60,293 nt of DNA from positions 1 to 60,293 of IMG/VR virus record IMGVR_UViG_3300046779_000619; one strand, given 5' to 3'. The stretch's first letter is position 1; every line of letters starts with the position of its first letter. Both the position numbers and the translations under genes were made by a program. The stretch comes from a virus (taxonomy: Duplodnaviria > Caudoviricetes). A model generated the notes under the pieces. The model ran no database searches. It was not told the origin of the DNA and saw only the letters and a list, made by a program, of their open reading frames with translations. This document shows, in pieces, positions 18,066 to 27,422 of this stretch.

Positions 18066-19165
18066 CTTCTTCTTAGCACTCCTGCATTCTGTTTGATATA
18101 AATCATATTTCCGCCTGCGCTTCCGTCACCGATGATTTCTGTGGCTGCTGCATCGTTGTGTATTATTGTGATACTTGTATTGGAACTATATCCCTGTGTC
18201 TTGACTTCGGCATAGTGATCCTCGTTAGTACGGAAAGCAGTGCCCTTGCCTTTGGTTTGAATAGAGCTGGCATCGGTGTTTTCCCAGTTTACACAGATAC
18301 TGGTACTGGCATTACAGCTAGCCGTACCTAGAGCAACTGCCAAAGCCAACAGTCTAGCTCTTTCTATTTCTTCTGCTGCTTCTTTAACTTTGGCAGCAAG
18401 TCTACGCGAAGCTTCTGCTTCAAGTTCTTCTAGTTCTTTATCTTGTTTAGTCTTGGCATGTTCACGGATAGCTGTGGACACTTCCATTGGCTTAACCAAT
18501 ATTAGATTGTTGTTGATTTTGGCTTCGATGGTATTGATAACTGTAGCAGGAGTTGGCATTATGTTTGTACTGGTAACATAGGTTGCATGAAATGCTTGGT
18601 CCAATACTACCTTGCCAGCATCTGTGCTAACTTCAATCTTTCCAACTTTGCAGCGATTCTCTTCCAGCTCATACTGCTTCATGTCTTTTTCTTCTTTGCA
18701 GCTAGGCAGCAGAACCACAAGACTCTGTCCTGCTTCGTCTACAGTCATAGAGAAATCAGTACCACGTACTGCGATAGTTGCTGACGGAGTTTTTATTGCG
18801 ACTTGTTGTGGATTGTTTTTAGCAATCTGCCCGCTAGCGTATCTAACGGTTCCCATGCCCACTTTGAGAGCGAGCTTGCCTGCATCGCTTTTCTTAGGAT
18901 CGAAAACAAAATCGTCAATAAGCAGGCGACTGTTTTCTGTAACTTTAACTTTGGTATCATCAGTAAATGTCAAGGTGCTTACGCATGCCTGTGTTATGTA
19001 AGTGTCCAAGGATTCAATGTCAGCACCTTTAATGCCGGACAACTTCTTCTTGTTCCTTTCAACTTCACAGGCATTTCCTTTATTTTCTGTGACTTTGCCA
19101 ATATTACCACTGGCATTTGAAGCCACAGAAAATGTTAGCAGTAGAGCTAACAAAAGGACTCGCAT
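18062..19165 (-). CDS. FecR-domain secreted protein
   Basis: Signal peptide; FTDDTKVKVTENS...IKTPSATIAVRGTDF. Confidence 0.85.
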   Translation of the reverse strand: MRVLLLALLLTFSVASNASGNIGKVTENKGNACEVERNKKKLSGIKGADIESLDTYITQACVSTLTFTDDTKVKVTENSRLLIDDFVFDPKKSDAGKLALKVGMGTVRYASGQIAKNNPQQVAIKTPSATIAVRGTDFSMTVDEAGQSLVVLLPSCKEEKDMKQYELEENRCKVGKIEVSTDAGKVVLDQAFHATYVTSTNIMPTPATVINTIEAKINNNLILVKPMEVSTAIREHAKTKQDKELEELEAEASRRLAAKVKEAAEEIERARLLALAVALGTASCNASTSICVNWENTDASSIQTKGKGTAFRTNEDHYAEVKTQGYSSNTSITIIHNDAAATEIIGDGSAGGNMIYIKQNAGVLRRR

Positions 19166-19168
19166 AAC

Positions 19169-19978
19169 TTACCTCACGATTGCTGTTGCAGGACCAACGA
19201 TAGCTGAACTACTAGTTCTTACAGTAATAGTATTGTGGCTACCTGTAGCACGAATATCAACAGTGGTATCGTTAGTACCTTGTTGTTGAGTAGTGATGCT
19301 GTTGTAGTCACCTGCTATAACTTGTTTTAGATAATGCCCGTTTGCACCAGCAGCATCTGTCTGCTGAATGTTTAGAACGTTACTATTACCAGAAATACTA
19401 ATGTCGCTAGTACCGTTCGAGCTTAACAAACTTTTTGTAACTTGGTTTGAGTTACCTGTAATACCTGTAATGCTGGTAATATCACTACCAACAATATTTT
19501 GTATAATCAAGTTTGTGTCGCCGACGATTGTTTCTGTAATGACATTACGTAGATTGCTAGCATTGTTAACATCGCCTACGGTTAACTTAGTTTGGTTACC
19601 GTGTCCTGTAACGTTGCTGGTATATACGTTGTCGTTACCCTGAATATTATACTGCGCACTGTTGCCGTTACCTGTTTGATTTAGAGTAACGGTGTTCGAA
19701 CTACCTGTGATAGTAGCATAGTTTGAAGAACTAGGTGCAGTTGGAGTCATTGTGGTCACTCCATTGGTAGCAACTGATGATGCTGTAACGGCTGTTCCGC
19801 CAACATCGTTAGTTCCGCCAACTTGCTGAATGGTAACTGTATTGCTATTACCGACTTGTTCGATATAGACCTTGTTTGGGCCTGTAGCAACTGTTGACTG
19901 AGCATTTGTGATGCCAGCCATTGCCAATGCCGTTACCAGGACTATATTTTTAATTGTATTTGTTTGTCCTAATTTCAT
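19169..19978 (-). CDS. Curlin-like repeat protein (CsgA/CsgB-like)
   Basis: Signal peptide; Asn/Gln/Gly-rich GxxNxxxxxQ repeats. Confidence 0.8.
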   Translation of the reverse strand: MKLGQTNTIKNIVLVTALAMAGITNAQSTVATGPNKVYIEQVGNSNTVTIQQVGGTNDVGGTAVTASSVATNGVTTMTPTAPSSSNYATITGSSNTVTLNQTGNGNSAQYNIQGNDNVYTSNVTGHGNQTKLTVGDVNNASNLRNVITETIVGDTNLIIQNIVGSDITSITGITGNSNQVTKSLLSSNGTSDISISGNSNVLNIQQTDAAGANGHYLKQVIAGDYNSITTQQQGTNDTTVDIRATGSHNTITVRTSSSAIVGPATAIVR

Positions 19979-20018
19979 TTTTATTTTCACTGCGGCTTGT
20001 AACACAGTGAGCTCCCTG

Positions 20019-20975
20019 TTATTTTACTTCTTTTTGTCCGTTTGTTTTGTCGGACTCAACTGCTTTGCCTGATCCAGCGCTTTCTTTGTCGCTGGACTGT
20101 GGTTGTGAGGGTGCAGCTTCGGCGGCTCTTTGCGGCGGGGTTTGTGATTGAACCAACTCATCTTTTTTCTCCTCCTTAAAGTTCCAGTGCCCTTTTCTTG
20201 CACCTTCATGTATAGTACCAACAACGGCTGCTTGAACTGCTAGGTTCACAGCTTTGTTGATACTTTCGTTGATACTGCCGCCTGTTTCTGCTTCGATACT
20301 TTGTGTACCTTGCTCAACAAACTTCAGAACACCGAACTTGTCCATGTAACTCAACACAGTTTTTGTGATAGTAACACTGGTTAATACTTCTCCTGTGCTT
20401 ACGCTGACTGTGCGCAAGTTAACAGTTACAGTATCGCTTTGGTATTGTGTAGTTGCTCCGATTCCCAAAAATCTAACTCCGCTACCACCAGTTAGAGTGT
20501 TTGAATCATAGCCTATAATACCGCCTTCGACTATTACGCCAGCAAACATCATAGGAGGCAAAGGTTTTGCATCCTTACCTTGATATTGCTCACGCATTTG
20601 ACGAATCATTTGACGCTCTTTGATTAGGTTTTCTAAACCAACTCTTTCAAGAACAGTAAACCAACGCTGATCACCTACATCTTGTAATGCCTTAATCAAA
20701 TAGCTGTCTGCACCTTGTGTTACTGCCGAACTCAAACTGGCAATGTTCGGAATGCTCTTACGTTGTCCAGTCTTATCCTGGAATCCGTATACGGCAATAG
20801 GAATAGGACCAGTTGCTGGAGGCTTCAACTTGTTTGTATCTTTCTTTAAGTATGTACTTTGTTCAACCACTGGTTCGTCAAATTGTTTGCCTGTGACTTT
20901 TTCATGAATAGCCGAACTTGTTGCACAGCCGCTCAATAATGCAATGATTGCTAAGGATATAATCGTTCTTTTCAT
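20019..20975 (-). CDS. csgG: Curli secretion pore lipoprotein CsgG
   Basis: Lipobox LSGC; VYGFQDKTGQRK, SSAVTQG, VLERVGLENLIKERQMIR, GGIIGYD. Confidence 0.93.
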   Translation of the reverse strand: MKRTIISLAIIALLSGCATSSAIHEKVTGKQFDEPVVEQSTYLKKDTNKLKPPATGPIPIAVYGFQDKTGQRKSIPNIASLSSAVTQGADSYLIKALQDVGDQRWFTVLERVGLENLIKERQMIRQMREQYQGKDAKPLPPMMFAGVIVEGGIIGYDSNTLTGGSGVRFLGIGATTQYQSDTVTVNLRTVSVSTGEVLTSVTITKTVLSYMDKFGVLKFVEQGTQSIEAETGGSINESINKAVNLAVQAAVVGTIHEGARKGHWNFKEEKKDELVQSQTPPQRAAEAAPSQPQSSDKESAGSGKAVESDKTNGQKEVK

Positions 20976-20986
20976 TTTTCTAAACC

Positions 20987-21478
20987 TTAGATGCTAAATG
21001 CCGCATATGGCATGGTCATTTCTGTGTATGTGTTAGGATCATTTGCATCTTGGATTCTAACGATAATATTAGATCCTGTAATCCACCAAGAAATGTTTTG
21101 TCCCACTAACTCTATGGCGGCGCAAGGGCTGCTAGAAGAACTGGATCCACCGCCATTGCAGGTAGGTGCTGTAGTTGTGCTACCGAATAGGCTATCGCTA
21201 ATGCGTTTAGCTAACTCGCTATAGACTCTTGTTTCCATGCTGGCTTTAAATCTAGCCTGTGGAGTATTTGCTGCGTCTCTTTCAGCAGCAGCTTTTAATG
21301 CGTCGATCGCAGCTTTGTTTTTATCTTTCTGCTGATCTTCTAGTTGTTTAAGTGTAAGAACATGGCTGCTATATCCTACACCACTAAATGACGGACTATT
21401 AAAGCTATGTTGGATTTCTGCTGCGTGTGCCGTACATACAGCCAGAGTAATCCCCAATCCTACTATTGTTCTTTTCAT
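20987..21478 (-). CDS. csgF: Curli assembly protein CsgF
   Basis: Signal peptide then EIQHSFNSPSFSG (cf. CsgF FxNPxFGG); adjacent to csgG. Confidence 0.8.
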   Translation of the reverse strand: MKRTIVGLGITLAVCTAHAAEIQHSFNSPSFSGVGYSSHVLTLKQLEDQQKDKNKAAIDALKAAAERDAANTPQARFKASMETRVYSELAKRISDSLFGSTTTAPTCNGGGSSSSSSPCAAIELVGQNISWWITGSNIIVRIQDANDPNTYTEMTMPYAAFSI

Positions 21479-21562
21479 TGATTCGCTCCCGGTAATCGGT
21501 ATAGTATTTAGATACACGGGGGCAGCAATTAAACGCTGAGTTTAATCTAGAGCAAGAAAACC

Positions 21563-21844
21563 TTAGATATCTTGTTTTCTTTGTACGGTAAAGTAGGGTT
21601 TGATTACGTCGAAAAAGCTATCCCAGTCTGTAATGTGTGGATAGTTCTTGAATACACTATAATACCAACGATCGTCGTATTGATTAATGTATTGTTTGCC
21701 GTTAGCGGCTGTTTTAACGTGTTTTTGAAATAAAGGCTTTACATCAGGCGGGATAGAGTTACCGTTGTAACCACCCCACCATCTTGCGACCAGTTTAGGT
21801 TTAAACTTGTCTTTTTTTATTTTATCAAAATCACTTGCTCTCAT
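21563..21844 (-). CDS. Hypothetical late protein
   Basis: TAAATA 5 nt before ATG. Confidence 0.65.
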   Translation of the reverse strand: MRASDFDKIKKDKFKPKLVARWWGGYNGNSIPPDVKPLFQKHVKTAANGKQYINQYDDRWYYSVFKNYPHITDWDSFFDVIKPYFTVQRKQDI

Positions 21845-21852
21845 GCAAGTAT

Positions 21853-22536
21853 TTATTTGATTTCAGGAAACAGACAATCCTGGATAAAAACCTTTACGTC
21901 TTCTTCGCTAAGTCCAAGACTAACCATAACTTTTGGTGTATGTGGATTCATCTTTTGATTTTCGCAATAGAAGTTTTGTGCGTATGTTGTGTCATGTGCT
22001 GTATTGTTGGTATCGCCTACTGATTGCAGGTAAGTATCGATTCCACGATATGCCATGTCTACAATCTGTGCAAGTTCGGTCTCGTCACTGACATTAGCGG
22101 CAGCTACCATACTGGTACTAAAGATACGTTCTGCCCACTCGGGTAACTTGCGTGTCTTGACCCATTCTAGTTGTTGTGCTTCGTCTGCAAACCAATCAAG
22201 CATAGGATGCTCAGGATCGCCTGCAGGGCTGTAGTCATAAAAGCAACCTGTGATTTTATTCTTGCCTGCAATAACATCAAAACCAAAGATCGGTGCTGGA
22301 TTGTGTGTATGTGGAAACACACAGCAGTGCATCATCCAGAGTCCTTTTGTTTTCCTAGCATCCACAACATCAACGTGAGCACGACGATAAGACCCACTGG
22401 TCCAAACACGGTTAACCCAACCAGGGCTGTTAAAGCGATCCATACCCGTCTCATAGACTTCCTTTCCTGTATTATTAAATGACTCTTCGAAGTACTGTTG
22501 TACAGCAATCAGTGAGTCCCAAACTTTACTCTCCAT
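21853..22536 (-). CDS. pcyX: Ferredoxin-dependent bilin reductase (PcyA/PcyX family)
   Basis: RRAHVD, MMHCCVFP, PIFGFDVI, QNFYCENQKMNPHT; next to heme oxygenase. Confidence 0.85.
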   Translation of the reverse strand: MESKVWDSLIAVQQYFEESFNNTGKEVYETGMDRFNSPGWVNRVWTSGSYRRAHVDVVDARKTKGLWMMHCCVFPHTHNPAPIFGFDVIAGKNKITGCFYDYSPAGDPEHPMLDWFADEAQQLEWVKTRKLPEWAERIFSTSMVAAANVSDETELAQIVDMAYRGIDTYLQSVGDTNNTAHDTTYAQNFYCENQKMNPHTPKVMVSLGLSEEDVKVFIQDCLFPEIK

Positions 22537-23071
22537 GATACAGATCTCGCATCATTTTGATAGCATACTCAAATGCCACACGAGCTTCGTTGCCTAGGTC
22601 ATCTGTAAGTGTTACTCGAATAGCCATCTTCATAGCATCGGCATTATCAAAATCGTAGAACTTACCCTTGCTGATATGTGCTACCTGCTTCTTAATGATT
22701 TGACCACCGAATAAGTCGCCCATATGGCGGCAGTATAGATGCGCTTTAACAAGGTGTTTGCGTTGTTCATCGTTACCTAGTTTGTGTAAGTATGCTTGGT
22801 ATTCAAGCGTTGCTGGAGTTAGGTAACAGTAAGATCCGTCGTCTAGTTCCATAAAGTCTGCATAGATTGATTTTAGACGGGGTAAGTCTGGCATTGTAAC
22901 AAGGAAACCCTGGCGCTGGCAATACCATTCGATTGGATCGTATACTGCCATTAGGTTATACAGATAGTTTCTGTAGTCTTCTTTGCCAATCTTGCCACTG
23001 AGTAGCATCTTAGCGAACTTGGTTGTTTCTGCCTCGTGGTGGAGGTCTTTGGTGATTTCTTTTAGGCTCAT
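22526..23071 (-). CDS. hemO: Heme oxygenase
   Basis: LKEITKDLHHEAE; AHLYCRHMGDLFGGQII. Confidence 0.92.
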   Translation of the reverse strand: MSLKEITKDLHHEAETTKFAKMLLSGKIGKEDYRNYLYNLMAVYDPIEWYCQRQGFLVTMPDLPRLKSIYADFMELDDGSYCYLTPATLEYQAYLHKLGNDEQRKHLVKAHLYCRHMGDLFGGQIIKKQVAHISKGKFYDFDNADAMKMAIRVTLTDDLGNEARVAFEYAIKMMRDLYHGE

Positions 23072-23085
23072 AGTGCGATTATTTA

Positions 23086-23352
23086 CTATCTGTGATATTT
23101 CAAGAGCATTATTGTGATATCAGTTTCTTGATGAACTTTGATAATAAACTCTCCATTACCAGGTGCGCTGTATTCCCAACGATCTCCTAGTTTGCCCAAA
23201 CTATAAGACCAAAAGTTTATTAATTCTTTTCTTGATCGTTTACCATATCGCCTATTGCTAGGTCTTGTATCAAGAAATGTTAGCCAGTAAGAAAACTGGC
23301 GAGTACCTACATTTTTATACTTTAAAAATTTAAAGTCCTCGCCATGAATCAT
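23086..23352 (-). CDS. Hypothetical protein
   Basis: 88-aa ORF in operon. Confidence 0.6.
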   Translation of the reverse strand: MIHGEDFKFLKYKNVGTRQFSYWLTFLDTRPSNRRYGKRSRKELINFWSYSLGKLGDRWEYSAPGNGEFIIKVHQETDITIMLLKYHR

Positions 23353-23353
23353 T

Positions 23354-23656
23354 TTAGGAATCTTGTTCTAGTTGAACTTGAAGTGGAAATCCGTTTGCTC
23401 TCGAAAGATGTGTTGCTTCCATCCCTCGCTGTTCTGCAATCTCGTGACTGTAAACGCCTGCGACTGCGCTACCAGAATTATGAATTTCTAAAGTAAGATC
23501 TTTAGCTTTGCTTTCAGTATGTCTAAAGATACTTACCAGCAGTTCGATTACAAATTCCATCGGAGTATGGTCATCGTTTAAAAATACTACTTTCCACATC
23601 TTTGGTGGTTCTACTTTGATCGATACCTTCTCGTCAATTTGTGTGTCTACGGCCAT
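23354..23656 (-). CDS. clpS: Clp protease adaptor ClpS
   Basis: VVFLNDDHTPMEFV...IHNSGSA...GFPL. Confidence 0.95.
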   Translation of the reverse strand: MAVDTQIDEKVSIKVEPPKMWKVVFLNDDHTPMEFVIELLVSIFRHTESKAKDLTLEIHNSGSAVAGVYSHEIAEQRGMEATHLSRANGFPLQVQLEQDS

Positions 23657-23705
23657 GTTTTCTCCGGGTTATGTTGCAGGGGAAGTTTCCTTCCCCTTTA
23701 TTATA

Positions 23706-24137
23706 TTACTTAATCTCAACGATGTCAATCACTTTAGGCTTCGCAGATTCTGGAATGTTGCGAACTAAACTGATGATCAATAGGCCGTTTTCGATTTGTG
23801 CTCCGACTACTTCAATGTGTTCGGCAAGAGGAAACTCTTTGACGAAGTCACGGGTAGCAAGACCACGATAGAGGTAAGCCTCAGGAGGCCACTCTGTTGT
23901 CATGCTTTCACCTTTGACAATCAGCACATTGTTTTCTACAGTTACATTAACTTCGGATTTATTAAAACCAGTTACTGCCAACTGAATCTTGTAGTTATTT
24001 TCTCCAACCTTAATGATATTGTGAGGTGGATAGTTATTTGATACGCTGTTTGCAAAACGGCGTTCCATTTGATCGAACATGGTGTCGAATCCGATCAATG
24101 CTCTATTTAAAGCGTCTATTCTTGCTAGTTGATTCAT
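23706..24137 (-). CDS. Small heat-shock protein Hsp20 (IbpA-like)
   Basis: NYPPHNII...LAVTGF...YRGLATRDF...NGLL. Confidence 0.93.
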   Translation of the reverse strand: MNQLARIDALNRALIGFDTMFDQMERRFANSVSNNYPPHNIIKVGENNYKIQLAVTGFNKSEVNVTVENNVLIVKGESMTTEWPPEAYLYRGLATRDFVKEFPLAEHIEVVGAQIENGLLIISLVRNIPESAKPKVIDIVEIK

Positions 24138-24142
24138 ATGTT

Positions 24143-24160
24143 TCTCCTTATAAAGTAAGA
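24143..24160 (-). promoter_or_regulatory. ROSE-like SD-sequestering hairpin, hsp20 leader
   Basis: UCUUACUUUAUAAGGAGA, identical to 26083-26100. Confidence 0.6.
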
Positions 24161-24192
24161 ATCAATAGAGTCCATTACAGTACTCTTTATGA

Positions 24193-26076
24193 TTAGTTTT
24201 TGCTCTCAGTAAAAGTAGCATCAACTACATCATTTTGTGCAGCTTGGTCTGGTGTTGTACCAGATTCTTTAAGCTGTTTTTTCTGTGCAAAGGAAACTGC
24301 TACTGTAGTCAGTTTCTCGATTGCCGATTTGATAGCATCTACATCATTGCCAGCATCTGCCACTGCTTGGATAGCAGCTTCAGCATCGCTACGTTCTGTA
24401 TCGGTAAGCTCGTCTTTTAGATCTTCTGTATCTTTCTTAAGTTCATGCACCATAGCTTCTGCTTGGTTGCGTGTTTCAATAAGAGTACGTGCTTTTTTAT
24501 CGGCTTCGGCATTTTCTTCTGCTTCGCGAATCATGCGTTGAACTTCATCATCGCTTAGTCCACTGTTAGACTTGATGGTGATCTTGTTCTCTTTGCCTGT
24601 GCTCTTGTCCTTGGCAGAGATGTGCATAATACCGTTGGCATCAATATCAAAGGTAACTTCAATCTGTGGTTGTCCACGACGAGCTGGTGCAATACCTTCA
24701 AGGTTGAACTCACCTAACAGTTTATTGTGTTGGCATAGTTCACGTTCACCTTGATAGGCCTTGATAGTCACAGCTGGTTGATTGTCTTCTGCTGTTGAGA
24801 ATGTTTGACTAGACTTAGTTGGAATAGTTGTATTCTTTTGAATCAACTTACTCATCACACCGCCTAGTGTTTCAATACCCAGGCTCAATGGTGTAACGTC
24901 TAGTAATAGAACGTCTTTGCGGTCACCGCCTAGAACAGCACCTTGAATAGCAGCACCAACGGCTACAGCTTCGTCTGGATTAACATCCTTACGAGGAGCC
25001 TTACCGAACAGTTTTTCAACGGCTTCTTGTACCTTTGGCATACGTGTCATACCACCGACAAGAATAACTTCATCAATGTCTGCGGCAGTTACGCCTGCAT
25101 CTTGCATAGCAGTCTTGCATGGTGCAATACTACGCTGGATCAGTTCGTCAACAAGACTTTCTAGTTTAGCACGAGTCATCTTGACATTCATGTGCTTAGG
25201 ACCTGTAGCATCTGCTGTGATGTAAGGCAAGTTAACGTCTGTCTGTGCAGAACTAGACAACTCAATCTTGGCTTTTTCGGCAGCTTCTTTTAGACGTTGC
25301 AAGGCCAACATGTCTTTGGTTAGATCGATACCCTGTTCCTGTTTGAATGTATCAACTAGGAAATCCATGATACGCTGATCAAAGTCTTCACCGCCAAGGA
25401 ATGTGTCACCGTTGGTGCTTAATACTTCGATCTGTTTGTCACCGTCGACATTCGCGATTTCAATGATTGATACGTCGAATGTACCGCCACCAAGATCGTA
25501 AACAGCAATCTTGCGATCAGCTTTGTCAGTTTTATCAACGCCATAACTAAGAGCTGCCGCAGTAGGCTCGTTAATAATACGGAGTACTTCCAAGCCGGCG
25601 ATTTTACCAGCGTCTTTTGTAGCCTGTCTTTGGCTGTCATTAAAGTATGCGGGAACTGTGATAACCGCTTGAGTAACTTCTTCACCTAGATAATCCTCTG
25701 CTGTCTTTTTCATTTTGCGCAAGACTTCTGCGCTAATCTGTGGGGGTGCTAGTTCTTTGCCTTGAGCACGAACCCATGCATCGCCGTTGCCTGCTTCGTA
25801 GATTTCATAGGGCATCAGATCAAGATCTTTTTGTACAGCCTGTTCTTTAAACTTACGTCCGATTAGACGTTTGGCTGCATAGATTGTATTTTTGGGATTT
25901 GTAACTGCTTGACGCTTTGCTGATGCACCAACTAGGATTTCGTCCGGAGCATAGGCGACGATACTAGGTGTTGTTCTTGCACCTTCTGCATTTTCAATAA
26001 CTTTGGAAGTTCCATTCTCGATAACAGCCACGCATGAATTGGTGGTGCCGAGGTCAATACCGATGATCTTAGACAT
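24193..26076 (-). CDS. dnaK: Chaperone DnaK (Hsp70)
   Basis: [27 protein letters not shown], full length. Confidence 0.98.
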   Translation of the reverse strand: MSKIIGIDLGTTNSCVAVIENGTSKVIENAEGARTTPSIVAYAPDEILVGASAKRQAVTNPKNTIYAAKRLIGRKFKEQAVQKDLDLMPYEIYEAGNGDAWVRAQGKELAPPQISAEVLRKMKKTAEDYLGEEVTQAVITVPAYFNDSQRQATKDAGKIAGLEVLRIINEPTAAALSYGVDKTDKADRKIAVYDLGGGTFDVSIIEIANVDGDKQIEVLSTNGDTFLGGEDFDQRIMDFLVDTFKQEQGIDLTKDMLALQRLKEAAEKAKIELSSSAQTDVNLPYITADATGPKHMNVKMTRAKLESLVDELIQRSIAPCKTAMQDAGVTAADIDEVILVGGMTRMPKVQEAVEKLFGKAPRKDVNPDEAVAVGAAIQGAVLGGDRKDVLLLDVTPLSLGIETLGGVMSKLIQKNTTIPTKSSQTFSTAEDNQPAVTIKAYQGERELCQHNKLLGEFNLEGIAPARRGQPQIEVTFDIDANGIMHISAKDKSTGKENKITIKSNSGLSDDEVQRMIREAEENAEADKKARTLIETRNQAEAMVHELKKDTEDLKDELTDTERSDAEAAIQAVADAGNDVDAIKSAIEKLTTVAVSFAQKKQLKESGTTPDQAAQNDVVDATFTESKN

Positions 26077-26082
26077 TGTCTA

Positions 26083-26100
26083 TCTCCTTATAAAGTAAGA
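26083..26100 (-). promoter_or_regulatory. ROSE-like SD-sequestering hairpin, dnaK leader
   Basis: Identical 18-mer; two further hairpins upstream (26108-26146). Confidence 0.6.
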
Positions 26101-26154
26101 TCTAATTTGGGCATTATGCCCGGTGTTAGCCCATTAGGTGCTAACAAAAAATAT

Positions 26155-26736
26155 TTATCTCTGAGACGCTAGAGGACTGATATAAGTTCCGTCGAGCATA
26201 GTAGAAGATCGTAGGGCTTTGTAAACGTTTTGGACACCCACTGCTTGATTCCAAGCATCTTCCAGCGCATGATGCTTTAAAACAGGAGGGCGATTAGGGT
26301 TAATACCAATGTCAAACAGTGTACGTGTATCACGTACTTCCCAGAAACTCCAAGGAACTGCTCGTCCTAGCTTTCTAAATAGGTGTTCGCAAATGATAAC
26401 ATCAAAGCCTGCACCGTGACTCCATACACGTTTTGCTCCCCAGCAAAACTTATAGAGCTGTGCCATAGCATCTTCAATCTTAACACGATTTGCAGGATCA
26501 AATGCTTCATCCTGAGCTGCTTGATCTTGCTTGCTCCACCATTCTAAAGTAGCAGGGCTTACAGTACAGCCAATAGCATCACAACTGTCAACATCTACCC
26601 GAACGTAAAACTTTTCACATGTTGGATCTTTAACGTCATCACCAAATGGGTCAAACTTTACTGCTCCGATAGTAAGAATAGTTGCAGTAGGGAGTACATC
26701 AAGTGTCTCCATGTCGATCATAATATCAGTTAGCAT
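26155..26736 (-). CDS. DEDDh 3'-5' exonuclease
   Basis: IDMET...FD...RDTRT...HHALEDA. Confidence 0.88.
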   Translation of the reverse strand: MLTDIMIDMETLDVLPTATILTIGAVKFDPFGDDVKDPTCEKFYVRVDVDSCDAIGCTVSPATLEWWSKQDQAAQDEAFDPANRVKIEDAMAQLYKFCWGAKRVWSHGAGFDVIICEHLFRKLGRAVPWSFWEVRDTRTLFDIGINPNRPPVLKHHALEDAWNQAVGVQNVYKALRSSTMLDGTYISPLASQR

Positions 26737-26809
26737 TATCTTCTGTTCTTTCTTATAAAGTATTAGTGTAACATCTCCTGTTGAGAAAGTACAAGACTAA
26801 TGGATAAAT

Positions 26810-27043
26810 TTAAAAAAGTTTTTTAGGTAAGGATTGATCGCGAAGTTTTTTGTTCCAACGAGCTTTGGCTGCGCTCTTGGCTTTTTTACGATGTATGCTA
26901 GGCTTATCGTAGCATTCGCGTTTTCTTAACTCGTCAAGTAATCCCGAGTCTTCGATCTTTCTTTTAAAGCGGCGTAATGCCACATTGATGTTTTCTGTTT
27001 CTTTTATTTGAACAGATGTTCCTTTAGATTTTCGATAGCTCAT
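26810..27043 (-). CDS. rpsU: Ribosomal protein bS21
   Basis: ENINVALRRFKRK...RKRECYDKPS. Confidence 0.9.
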   Translation of the reverse strand: MSYRKSKGTSVQIKETENINVALRRFKRKIEDSGLLDELRKRECYDKPSIHRKKAKSAAKARWNKKLRDQSLPKKLF

Positions 27044-27422
27044 TATATTTCTTTATGTACCTATTAAGTAAATGACCACATTGTTCTGCTGAATATATGG
27101 TAGATGTATTTACATTCGATAAAGATTTTAAGTTGCCGAAATAGTATGAGTCACGCTGTGCTGACATGTAACCCACAATCGTTTGATTAACACTGTCGGC
27201 ATTGAATATTATTAAATCGGACTTGTATTTTTTATCAAGTAGCCAATCAATATCATCACCAACTTTCCAAATGTAAGAAACAATCGTTGAGAAATCTTCG
27301 ATAAGATTAAGTGCTTGAGATACTGTTTGTGTTTGATCAGTATCTAGATCTACAAACAATACTCTCAAGCCTTCCTGTTGTATATCATCGGGACTAGTTA
27401 CTAAAAGAATCCGCTCGTTCAT
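27024..27422 (-). CDS. Hypothetical protein
   Basis: 132-aa coupled ORF. Confidence 0.7.
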   Translation of the reverse strand: MNERILLVTSPDDIQQEGLRVLFVDLDTDQTQTVSQALNLIEDFSTIVSYIWKVGDDIDWLLDKKYKSDLIIFNADSVNQTIVGYMSAQRDSYYFGNLKSLSNVNTSTIYSAEQCGHLLNRYIKKYNELSKI

